The notes under the pieces: model-generated | The model's input: the letters and a program-made list of their open reading frames with translations, nothing else | Told to the model about the DNA's origin: nothing | The model's database searches: none | Translations under genes and position numbers: made by a program | Assembly: GCA_965205025.1 (NCBI GenBank) | Contig: CBDBFU010000015.1 | Span: 192,001 to 256,000 of the forward strand | Direction of reading: 5' to 3' | DNA from: Candidatus Poribacteria bacterium | Lineage (GTDB): Bacteria; Poribacteria; WGA-4E; WGA-3G | Length of the DNA stretch: 64,000 nucleotides | In this document: piece by piece, positions 39,322 through 49,065 of the stretch | Layout: every line of letters begins with the position of its first letter | Position numbering within the stretch: position 1 is the first letter of the stretch

Positions 39322-40047
39322 TTAACAGTGCTCGTTTTCCTTAAGGATATCAAGCTCCTCATCAGTCAATTCAAGATTTTTTATTATATCTGGACGCCGC
39401 TCAGCAGTCCGTTTTACTGACTGGGAATAACGCCATTTTTTTATGTTCTCGTGATGACCACTTAATAGAACATTGGGAACTTTCATACCTTCAATTTCAA
39501 TTGGCCGTGTGTAATGGGGGTGATCAAGAAAATCCTTACTGAAAGAATCTTCGTGGGCAGATTCAAAGTCCCCTAATGCTCCAGGTAATACGCGACCGAT
39601 AGCATCAATAAGAACAAGAGCAGCTATTTCTCCACCACTCAAGACATAATCCCCAATTGATATTTCTTTAGTGACTATTTTCTCTCGTATTCGCTCATCT
39701 ATTCCTTTATAACGACCACAGATGAAAATCAAATGGGTTTTTATAGATAATCCTTCAACCACAGATTGAGTCAACGGAACACCCTGAGGCGTTAAATAGA
39801 TAATATCAGTATCCTCAGTAGGGTGCATCGCTGAAACAGCTGAAAAGATAGGTTCAGGTTTCAGTATCATTCCTGCCCCACCACCATAAGGATAATCATC
39901 AACAGTTCTGTGACGATCCGTTGCCCAATCTCTTATGTTGTATATGTTTACAACGAGTTCTCCAGACTCCAGTATACGTTTTAAAATACCGGCTTGAAGT
40001 GCAGGTGTGATTATCTCTGGAAATAGCGTAAGTACATCCATTTTCAT
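39322..40047 (-). CDS. trmD: tRNA (guanine-N1)-methyltransferase
   Basis: VDDYPYGGGAGM, SIGDYVLSGGE, VLLSGHH. Confidence 0.97.
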   Translation of the reverse strand: MKMDVLTLFPEIITPALQAGILKRILESGELVVNIYNIRDWATDRHRTVDDYPYGGGAGMILKPEPIFSAVSAMHPTEDTDIIYLTPQGVPLTQSVVEGLSIKTHLIFICGRYKGIDERIREKIVTKEISIGDYVLSGGEIAALVLIDAIGRVLPGALGDFESAHEDSFSKDFLDHPHYTRPIEIEGMKVPNVLLSGHHENIKKWRYSQSVKRTAERRPDIIKNLELTDEELDILKENEHC

Positions 40048-40059
40048 TACGCTATCCTG

Positions 40060-40317
40060 TTATTCATTATCTATAGATCTTTGTTCTTCAATTAGTTCAA
40101 GAATTACCTTCTTGTTTGCTTTTAAACCCGCGGTGTATAGAATATTTCTAATTGCCTTTAGTGTCCTTCCATATCTTCCAATAATCTTACCTAATTCAGA
40201 ATCTGGAACACTCAATTCAACAACGACAACCTTTTCCCCAATCACTTCGCGTACTTCTACATTCTCAGGATTATCTACTAAAGCCTTTACGATGTATTCA
40301 ATAAGATCTTTGAACAT
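40060..40317 (-). CDS. khpA: KH-domain RNA-binding protein
   Basis: LIEYIVKALVD, GKIIGRYGRT; position after rpsP. Confidence 0.9.
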   Translation of the reverse strand: MFKDLIEYIVKALVDNPENVEVREVIGEKVVVVELSVPDSELGKIIGRYGRTLKAIRNILYTAGLKANKKVILELIEEQRSIDNE

Positions 40318-40453
40318 AACATACTTTCTGGAATGTAAAAGTGGATTGATGTGTGAAGATTAGATGCTTGACAGATACAGTAGATTACACTCATCAGACT
40401 GATCAACATACAGGAATTCAAAAATCTTATAGATGCTATATTTGGATTATAGA

Positions 40454-40825
40454 TTATTCTTCTTCAGAAACATCAGGAGAATCCTCATTTTCAGATTCAA
40501 CTATTTCATCATTAACGGCTTCTTCTACTGGTTCTGTTTCATCTTCAGGCAATGGACGTCCAAGTTTCTCATAGGTAAATTTCTTCCAAATACCACTCTG
40601 AGATAGTAGCCTTTTAGCTGTATCGGTCGGTTGAGCACCATTTCTCAACCATTTTAGTGCTTTTTCTTCATCTATAACTACATCAGCAGGTTCGGTTAAT
40701 GGGTTATAATGACCTAACCGTTCTAAAAAAACGCCATCTCTTGATGCTCTAACATCAGCAGCAACAAGTCGATAAAATGGACGTTTCTTCCTGCCATGTC
40801 GCTGTAATCTAATTTTAACTGCCAA
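40454..40825 (-). CDS. rpsP: 30S ribosomal protein S16
   Basis: [10 protein letters not shown]...PFYR...GAQPTDT. Confidence 0.97.
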   Translation of the reverse strand: MAVKIRLQRHGRKKRPFYRLVAADVRASRDGVFLERLGHYNPLTEPADVVIDEEKALKWLRNGAQPTDTAKRLLSQSGIWKKFTYEKLGRPLPEDETEPVEEAVNDEIVESENEDSPDVSEEE

Positions 40826-40895
40826 AAAATACCTCCAGGTATATCAATTCAATTTTCACTCCAACTTAGAGTGATAGAGTAGTCATCCTTTAAAA

Positions 40896-42286
40896 TTATT
40901 TCCGTTTTCTTCGTTTTCGTGGTTTTCTTGATTTTTTCTGAATGCGGGAACTCATACCTATCTTCTGACCCATCTGTGGTATACCCATTGATGTTTGTTG
41001 ACTCAACATGTTATTCATCATTCTTAATTGAGAAACCAATTGATTGACTTGATTTACTGTTGTGCCACTCCCTCTTGATATGCGTGCTTTACGGCTTCGA
41101 TCCAAGAGTTGTGGGTTATTTCGTTCTGCAGGAGTCATGGATTGAATCATGGCTTTTGCATATTTCAGATGGTCTTCATCAGGTTTTAAATCTTTTACAG
41201 GTAATTGATTCTTAAAAGGCACAAGATCTAACAATTGGTCAAGGGGTCCCATATTTTTTATTTGTTCAAGTTGTGTAAGAAAATCGTTAAAATTTAACCC
41301 CTTTTTCTCTGTAAGTTTGCGTTCTAATTCCTTGGCTTGATCTTCATTGAAGACAGCTTCAGCCTTTTCCATCAGAGTTTGGACATCCCCTTGTCCTATT
41401 ATCCGAGAAGCCATTCGCTCAGGGTGAAATTCTTCAAGAGCTGATGCCTCAATTTTTTCTCCAACCCCAATGTATTTGATAGGCTTTTCAGTAACCGAAC
41501 GAATGGAAAGATGCTGCACCCCCTCGAGCATCCCCATCCATTTTTGTGAGGATTACACCGTCTATATCCAAATCAGAATTAAAATTCTCAGCCACATTCA
41601 CTGCATCTTGACCTGTCATAGCATCAACAACAAGCAAGATCTCTGTTGGATTAACTGCTTCCTTGATAGATCGGAGTTCTCCCATGAGAGTATCATCAAT
41701 ATGGAGACGTCCTGCTGTATCAATGATGACAAAGTCATTTCCTTGTGACATTGCATCTTTAACAGCATCCTTGGCAATTTCGACTGGTGAAACATCGGTA
41801 CCACGTGAGAAGATAGGTGTATCAATCTGCTCCCCAAGTAATTCAAGCTGCTTGATTGCTGCCGGTCTGTATACATCGGCTGCAACCAGTATAGGATTTC
41901 GACCATCTTTACGGAACTTTAGTGCTAATTTTGCAGCTACAGTTGTCTTACCGGCACCCTGTAAACCGGATAGCATGACTATCGTAGGACCATTAGATGC
42001 TATCTGAATCTTCTCAGATTCCACACCCATTAAAGCAGTCAATTCTTCCTTGATTATCTTAGCTATTTGAAGTTCTGGGGTTAGACTCCCCATCACCTCT
42101 TGACCGAGTGCTCTTTCTTTTATACTATCAATAAAGTCACGTGTGACTTTATAGTTGACATCAGCTTCTAAGAAAGCGCGGCGCACATCACGTAGAGAAT
42201 CCGAGATATTATTCTCAGTTAATTTTCCCTTGTCCCTTTATCTTTTTAAAGGTGTTCTGTAATCGGTCACTTAAGCTCTCAAACAT
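40896..42286 (-). CDS. ffh: Signal recognition particle protein Ffh; broken by two +1 frameshifts (likely sequencing errors)
   Basis: MFESLSDRL start at 42286; [25 protein letters not shown] domain with SMT/ISRGSG; extra bases near 42222 and 41511. Confidence 0.93.
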
Positions 42287-42324
42287 GTCTTTGCGTCCTT
42301 TAGCGGTGTGAAATTAATTAAAGT

Positions 42325-42353
42325 ATTATAGCAAGAATTATAGTCTCTGTCAA
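42325..42353 (-). promoter_or_regulatory. Consensus sigma70 promoter for the ffh operon
   Basis: On the - strand TTGACA (42348-42353), 17 bp, TATAAT (42325-42330). Confidence 0.75.
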
Positions 42354-42400
42354 GTTTTTTTGGACTTGACAGAGACCGTTTTCTGTGGTAAAAACATGGT

Positions 42401-43438
42401 ATGAGTAAAGCAATATTTTAAACACTTCTTACTTTTATTTACATCCTTAATTTATCTTGGTTGTCAAGGTGGAATCTTCAATGTAAATAATGGTGGAACA
42501 GGTAACGGAATTATTGAAAAATCTGGTGAATTGACTCAGGATGAAGTCTGGGATGGACGGATATATATTACCAGTACTGTAATTGTTCCAGCAGATATAA
42601 CTCTCACAATCCGTTCAGGAACAATAGTAGGATTTGAACCCAAAGATGAACCGAGTGGGATTATAGTCCACGGTGAGCTTTATGCTGAAGGTGCCCCAGA
42701 TCGTATGATTGTTTTCGGATCATTAGGTGAACCCCCAAACAATACCAGATGAAGAAACTGAAGAGATATCAGAAACCAATATTATTGTACAGAATTCCTT
42801 AACACCTGCAACCCAGAAATCCAGAGCATCTCCTCCACAAACAGGTGACTGGAAAGGGATTACAATAGAAACACAGAGTCCAAATAGTAGACTAACCTAT
42901 TTGTCGAATACAACACGCGACTAATGCAATTCTATGTAAAACCGACACTGTACAAATAGAAAGATGTCTATTAACTGAAAACAATATAGGAGTTCTCTGT
43001 GAAAACACCAATCCAACTATTTCATCAAACGAATTTTAATAGAAATGGGAGTGGTGCTCAATTTCGTGGATCATCTGCTCCTGAGGTAGAATACAATGAG
43101 TTCGGCTGCTAATCGATATGGATTAGTATGCGAAGATGATTCCAGACCACGAATACACCATAACAATATACGTTCAAACTACGAATATGCAATCATCTGT
43201 TATTCTACATCTTCACCTGAGATTGTATCAAACAATATTACTCTTAACAACGGTTGGGCAGTATATGATGGAGGAAGGACTAAGAGACAATTACATCAGT
43301 GGAAATAAACAGGTCGGACCAAATGTCACAGAACTGGGTATAGGTACACAAAGTGATCAATTCTATAGTGTTGAGGAAGTATTCGATCCAAGATCTACTC
43401 CTGTTTCAGATGCAGGTCTTCCTCGAGACAAATTTTAG
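42401..43438 (+). CDS. Lipoprotein with right-handed parallel beta-helix repeats; multiple +1 frameshifts
   Basis: Reconstructed MSKAIFKHFLLLFTSLIYLGC (lipobox), DEVWDG...TLTIRSGT, GDWKGI, and repeated P-x-I-x-x-N-x-I-x-x-N units across the ORF fragments. Confidence 0.65.
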
Positions 43439-43442
43439 ACTA

Positions 43443-44369
43443 ATGAATACCGTTAAAGCCTACCTTGAATTAATCCGCTATCCATTATTTGCAATTCCTA
43501 TTGTTGCGACACTACCAGGGGCATTAATTGCAAGTGAGGGAAAGATATCATGGCGTGTTGTCGCAGCAGTAGTAATTGCCATGTTTGGCTACTTTGCTGG
43601 AATGATAAAGAACGATTATTTCCACAAAGAAACGGATTCTATAACCAATCCTAATCGTCCGTTACCGTCCCAAAGATTGACACCTAAACAAGCTTTAATA
43701 CCTGCCAGTATTATTTATGCGATCTGCGTAATCTGTGGGTTTCTGTTAAATATTAAAGCGGGTCTTTTGGTTATAGCATTAGTAGCAATATCACATTTGT
43801 ATAACGCCATCTTTAAGTCGCGTGGAATCTTAGGAAGTCTAACATTGCCATTGGGAATAGGTTTATTAAGTATTTTTGGGTCATTGGTAGTTAGTGGATA
43901 TGTTCCCCGTTTAGTATGGTACGTTTTCGGCGCAATTACTCTCTACGATTTAGGAACACATATTACTACTACTTTCAAGGATATAACACGTGATTCAAAA
44001 GTAGGAATTGTTACTACACCTCAACAACTTGGGATACGGACAGCCTTATTATTATCTGCTGTTTCTACTTTTTTAGCTTTTTTTATCTTACTACTCCCAT
44101 TTTGGACGGAAAATTCTATTGATATTACATCTTATATTATCTGGGGCATTTTGGGGGTTCTTGCAGCAGTGGTTACACGTATTCCACTCTATCTTCAACC
44201 TAAAGAGAAAAACGGTTATTTTGCTTTACAAGGATCAATGTTTGGTTCGATACTTTTCTTCCCATGTTTCATTGGAACAATTGTCTCCGTAGAATCAACA
44301 ATATTGATTATTGTACCCTTATTACTTATAACCATAGTGTTAATAAAAACAACTCCTCAAGAAGTGTAA
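43443..44369 (+). CDS. UbiA-family prenyltransferase
   Basis: YLELIR, NDYFHKETD...NPNRPLPS, FKDITRD; multi-TM; start refined to ATG 43443. Confidence 0.8.
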   Translation: MNTVKAYLELIRYPLFAIPIVATLPGALIASEGKISWRVVAAVVIAMFGYFAGMIKNDYFHKETDSITNPNRPLPSQRLTPKQALIPASIIYAICVICGFLLNIKAGLLVIALVAISHLYNAIFKSRGILGSLTLPLGIGLLSIFGSLVVSGYVPRLVWYVFGAITLYDLGTHITTTFKDITRDSKVGIVTTPQQLGIRTALLLSAVSTFLAFFILLLPFWTENSIDITSYIIWGILGVLAAVVTRIPLYLQPKEKNGYFALQGSMFGSILFFPCFIGTIVSVESTILIIVPLLLITIVLIKTTPQEV

Positions 44370-44418
44370 GCACAAGATAAATTTACGCATAAATTAATTT
44401 CTTAAGGACAAGTCAAAT

Positions 44419-45867
44419 ATGAAGAATATCATTCTCTTAATTACAGATACATTCCGTTATGATAACCTGGGTGAAAGGGCAACACGGTCTATTCGGACAC
44501 CTATGCTCGATAGTTTTGCTGCCAACCGTGCATCAGCCATTGAAAAATTCTATATGAATAGTTTCCCGACTATTCCTCATAGAACAGATGTAGCAACAAG
44601 TACAGTTGGATGGCCACATTATCCCTGGCAGCCAATTGATCAAAGCGGACCAAACCATGTTGCGAAATTATTGGCAGGTGAAGGCTATGCAACGCAGTTA
44701 ATCTGTGACTGTCCACATCTGTTTAATGCACGTTTTCAACAAGGATTTCAGGCAGCCTTTCAACATCGTGGACAAGAAGGTGACAAGCCACTGCTTCACC
44801 TTAATGATGACATTGAAATTGTCATGCCGGATGATAAAACCCGTCCGAATCCATCCTTCCGTGGACATACTTTAGCCAATACCCATCGTTGGACAAACCG
44901 CTACTACCAATATGAATCAGAGACATTCTCTGGAAGAACATCTCAAAGTGCGATACGATTCCTTGAAGAAAACTATCGTTCAGGACCGTTCTTTTTATGG
45001 GTTGATTTTTTTGATCCACATGAACCATGGGATCCACCGGAATATATCGTTAAGAGATATGATCCAACCTATTCAGGCCCCCCTATGATTCATCCAAATT
45101 ATGGACGATCATCAATCTATACGGATGCAGAATTGCATAATTTATGGGCACATTATGCGGGTGAATCCGAAATGGTAGATCGTCATATTGGACGGATACT
45201 TGAAAAAGTTGAGGATCTCGAATTATGGGATGATTCTATTGTAGTAGTAATGTCCGACCATGGAATGTCTATTGGGGAACATGGTAAAACAGGTAAATCA
45301 AATATAGATCCGGATGATCCACGCTTTTGGCCTACCTATCCTGAGATAAATCATGAGATGTTTCTAATCGGTGGTGGTGATATTCCACAGGGACAAAGTC
45401 TTGAACTTATCGCCCAACCTGTTGACATTCTTCCAACACTTTGTGATTTGGCAGGCGTCCGTCTTGAGCCACCTAAACCTTTTGAGGGAAGGTCTTTCGC
45501 GGAATCACTTCTGAGCGGTGATACACACCATAGAGAGTATGCAATCACTGCGACTCACATTAGTTCACAAAATAACATTGTCCCCCGTCGTGCAGTAACA
45601 CCTTTCCTTGTCACAGAACGTTGGGGATATGCTCCGGTCGGTTCACTTGGTCTCCCAGAGTTATTTGATCTCAGTGAAGATCCCCTTGCATCCAATAATC
45701 TGGCAGAGGATAATGGGGCATTGTTAACTGAATTACATCAACTATTTATGGCATATCTATTAGAACATAATGCTCCAGAGAAATGCATCTCATTGTGGCA
45801 AGATTCACTGACAGGAGATGGTGAAGGTAAATGGACAATAGACTATTCGGACAAAGCTGACGAGTAA
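44419..45867 (+). CDS. Sulfatase-fold hydrolase with Thr at the nucleophile position
   Basis: NIILLITDT, FPTIPHR, FFDPHEPWDPP, SDHG. Confidence 0.8.
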   Translation: MKNIILLITDTFRYDNLGERATRSIRTPMLDSFAANRASAIEKFYMNSFPTIPHRTDVATSTVGWPHYPWQPIDQSGPNHVAKLLAGEGYATQLICDCPHLFNARFQQGFQAAFQHRGQEGDKPLLHLNDDIEIVMPDDKTRPNPSFRGHTLANTHRWTNRYYQYESETFSGRTSQSAIRFLEENYRSGPFFLWVDFFDPHEPWDPPEYIVKRYDPTYSGPPMIHPNYGRSSIYTDAELHNLWAHYAGESEMVDRHIGRILEKVEDLELWDDSIVVVMSDHGMSIGEHGKTGKSNIDPDDPRFWPTYPEINHEMFLIGGGDIPQGQSLELIAQPVDILPTLCDLAGVRLEPPKPFEGRSFAESLLSGDTHHREYAITATHISSQNNIVPRRAVTPFLVTERWGYAPVGSLGLPELFDLSEDPLASNNLAEDNGALLTELHQLFMAYLLEHNAPEKCISLWQDSLTGDGEGKWTIDYSDKADE

Positions 45868-45928
45868 TCTATATGAGTTCACTGACTGTGATGTGAGCTT
45901 AGCTTGATTTATAACTGGTGAATAAGGT

Positions 45929-47239
45929 ATGACATCTAAAAGTTCAATAAGCGGTAAGCTGAGAAAAATCATTGGACATGATTCTCTTATTACAGAGGAA
46001 GATATTTCATTATATTCCTACGATGGTATTACACCTGATATGGGTGTTATTCCCTCCTCAATACAAGAATTGCAGAGTATTTTATGTTATGCCTCAGAAC
46101 ACAACCTATCTGTAATACCATCGGGTTCTGGTACGAAACTGGGAATCGGGAACTTGGCTAAAAAGACTGATTTAGTTCTTTCAACAAATCGACTTAACAA
46201 GGTATTAGAATATGAACCTGCAGACTTAACTGTTACAGTAGAGGCTGGTATCCGTTTAACAGACCTTCAGATAGTTTTAGCAGAACATAGGCAATTTCTC
46301 CCAATAGACCCACCATACGGAAGTAGATGTACAATAGGAGGTATAATATCCTCCAACTCGAGCGGTTCATTACGTTATCAATATGGTACAGTTAGGAATT
46401 TGGTTTTAGGTATGAAAGTGATGAATCCAAAAGGCATAGTTGTAAAAAGTGGCGGGAAAGTTGTTAAGAATGTTGCTGGGTACGATATCAATAAACTCTA
46501 TATTGGAGCCTTTGGAACTCTTGGTATAATTACGGAAGTTACTCTCAAATTAGCCCCTTTGCCACCAAAAACAGCAATTTTGGTTTCTCAATTTGAGCAC
46601 ATAGGTGATGCTGTAACTTCTGGTCTAAAGATTGCCAGTTCACAGATACTACCGAATTATGTTAACCTTAGATCTAAATTCTCATATCAAGATATATCAG
46701 ATAATAACCCAACATTACTCATTGGATTCGGAGGAGATCCTGAAGCTGTATCTTGGCAGCTGGAATCCACAAAGTCTCTGATGGAACAATATGGGTCATT
46801 AGGGGTGTATATAATTGATGGAGAAAACCAAACTGACATACAACAGTTGATTCAAGAATTTCCAGCAGTTAATCCAAATTCTGATACTGTATTGGTGAAG
46901 TTGAATCTAAAACGGACGGATCTGGCAGTATTTGCTGAGAAAGCACTGGATATAACAGATGATGTTATGGCAATTGTTGGTAATGGAGTGTTATACCTTA
47001 GAATCAACAATCTATCTGGTATGGATGTAAAATCACTATCTCACACACTTGATCAACTACGAGAGAATGCAGTGAAGGCACAGGGTAATCTAATTATTGA
47101 AGCTGCTCCACCAGAATTAAAACAACAGATTGATGTTTGGGGTTCAATTGATAGGACTTTAATATTGATGAAACAGATCAAGGAAAGATTTGATGAGGGT
47201 AATATATTGAATCCAGGACGTTATGTTTCGGCAATATAG
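45929..47239 (+). CDS. FAD-binding oxidoreductase (glycolate oxidase GlcE-like)
   Basis: GSGTK, YEPADLTVTVEAG, GGKVVKNVAGYD, GTLGIITE, LNPGR. Confidence 0.85.
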   Translation: MTSKSSISGKLRKIIGHDSLITEEDISLYSYDGITPDMGVIPSSIQELQSILCYASEHNLSVIPSGSGTKLGIGNLAKKTDLVLSTNRLNKVLEYEPADLTVTVEAGIRLTDLQIVLAEHRQFLPIDPPYGSRCTIGGIISSNSSGSLRYQYGTVRNLVLGMKVMNPKGIVVKSGGKVVKNVAGYDINKLYIGAFGTLGIITEVTLKLAPLPPKTAILVSQFEHIGDAVTSGLKIASSQILPNYVNLRSKFSYQDISDNNPTLLIGFGGDPEAVSWQLESTKSLMEQYGSLGVYIIDGENQTDIQQLIQEFPAVNPNSDTVLVKLNLKRTDLAVFAEKALDITDDVMAIVGNGVLYLRINNLSGMDVKSLSHTLDQLRENAVKAQGNLIIEAAPPELKQQIDVWGSIDRTLILMKQIKERFDEGNILNPGRYVSAI

Positions 47240-47350
47240 ACAGAAAAACTTCTGTTTATTCCCTGTTAGCTATAGTTCTCTAATTTTCACAACCACCCGA
47301 TTGTATTCTATACATTCATCTGGGTACAACTTATATGGAGAAGGGAACAT

Positions 47351-48982
47351 ATGAAAGATATAAAAGGGAGGATTCTGTGGATTGATGGCACATTGAGAGC
47401 GTTAACTTCGAACACATTGTTAAAATCTGAATTAAAACCCTATATTCGATTCTTAGAGTATAATAATTATGATCTTTCTTTTGCAGAAAATCCTGAGGAG
47501 GGAATTGACTTACTTAGAGAATGGAATTTCCACGGTTTATTACTGAGTAATGATAATCCATCCGAAAGTCGAGATTTACTATATCAAATACGTAAATTAG
47601 ATGGGCATATTCCTATAATTATACTTACAGAATCTGCCAATCAAGAATTAATGGAGTATGTAAACCTTTTCAATGTAAGTGATGTTCTAATTATGCCGAC
47701 GAACCCAAGACAGTTGGTTACATCTCTTACCTTATTACTCGAAAGGCAGATAATTCTTAATAAGTATATTCCACAAGCATATGTGGAGGAATTTAACCAA
47801 AACTATTCAGATAGGAAGCAGCAACTAAAATCATCGTTAAATAACATCTCTGAGACAACACAAACATCTGAATGGCAGACATGGATAGACACCTACACTA
47901 ATCTGCTTGAATGGGATATTAGATTTGATGATTTAACACAGACAGATGAACTTCAGGAAATACATGCTATAGAAAAGCGAGAAGCTAATTTAGCATTTAC
48001 AAATTACATAAAGGAATCTTATAGTACATGGTTGGAAGGTGAAGAATCTCCAACACTTTCAGTAGATCTACTTGATAAATTCGTAATACCTGAAATCCAA
48101 ATTGGAAAGTCCATTTTATTTGTAATTATAGATTGTCTACGACTGGACCATTGGCTGAAAATTGAACCATTACTCTATAATGACTTCCAAGTAACAAGAC
48201 ATTATTATCTCTCTATTTTACCTACTACGACTGGATATGCACGGAATGCGATTTTTAGTGGTCTTTTTCCCAGAGATTTATCTGAACGTTACCCTGAATT
48301 GTATGCTGAACCAGACGAGGGACATACAAGCATCAATCGATATGAAAAAGATTTGATGCTTTTACAACTTGAACGGTATGGAATTGCTCTTAAACCAACC
48401 CCTCATTACTTTAAGATTTTTGATGAACGCGGGGAGATACAATATCTACAATGGTTTTCTGAGACGAAGCGGATAAGTTTTGCAGCAGTTGTTGTTGATT
48501 TTATTGACATGTTAACCCATATGTATTCAGATGAATCTATTCTTCAACAACTTATTCCAAATGAAACAGCCTTTCGAGGAGTTGCTCAAACGTGGTTTAA
48601 GAACTCAAGATTATATAATATCATACAACTTGCCGCAGACCGGGGTATTACCGTTATTCTCACTACTGACCATGGGTCGGTACAATGCAATAATGCTGCC
48701 AAGGTCTCAAGTCAACACGAACTTACCAGTGGACTACGATTAAAAGAAGGTAGGAATATAACGTATAACCCAGAGACAAGTTTTATCATAAATGATCCTG
48801 AAATATATCGTTTACCTTCAGATGACAATAACAAGAACTATATCCTTGCCATTGAAGATTATTATTTCGTATACGATAGGCAATTGACCAACCACAGCGA
48901 TTTATTTCAAGGCAGCTTCCAACATGGTGGAATCTCATTTGAAGAAATGATACTTCCATGTATTGTTCTCGATCCACGATGA
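47351..48982 (+). CDS. PorX-like receiver + PglZ/alkaline phosphatase domain protein
   Basis: ILWID, IIDCLRLDHW, LPTTTGYARNAIFSG, TTDHG, SFQHGGISFEEM. Confidence 0.8.
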   Translation: MKDIKGRILWIDGTLRALTSNTLLKSELKPYIRFLEYNNYDLSFAENPEEGIDLLREWNFHGLLLSNDNPSESRDLLYQIRKLDGHIPIIILTESANQELMEYVNLFNVSDVLIMPTNPRQLVTSLTLLLERQIILNKYIPQAYVEEFNQNYSDRKQQLKSSLNNISETTQTSEWQTWIDTYTNLLEWDIRFDDLTQTDELQEIHAIEKREANLAFTNYIKESYSTWLEGEESPTLSVDLLDKFVIPEIQIGKSILFVIIDCLRLDHWLKIEPLLYNDFQVTRHYYLSILPTTTGYARNAIFSGLFPRDLSERYPELYAEPDEGHTSINRYEKDLMLLQLERYGIALKPTPHYFKIFDERGEIQYLQWFSETKRISFAAVVVDFIDMLTHMYSDESILQQLIPNETAFRGVAQTWFKNSRLYNIIQLAADRGITVILTTDHGSVQCNNAAKVSSQHELTSGLRLKEGRNITYNPETSFIINDPEIYRLPSDDNNKNYILAIEDYYFVYDRQLTNHSDLFQGSFQHGGISFEEMILPCIVLDPR

Positions 48983-49065
48983 ATTGTTGTTATCCTTGTG
49001 ATTTGTCATGCCACGAAATATGGCATGACTGCATTACAATTATCTTCTCTTAGGAGAACTGACTG

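Noticed and set aside
40896-42286. ffh as a true pseudogene or programmed frameshift
   Set aside because: The errors cluster with many other +1 insertions in the adjacent gene, and all functional motifs are conserved; sequencing error is more likely
47351-48982. BREX defence system (PglZ domain)
   Set aside because: The domain order is PorX-like and no other brx/pgl genes are present
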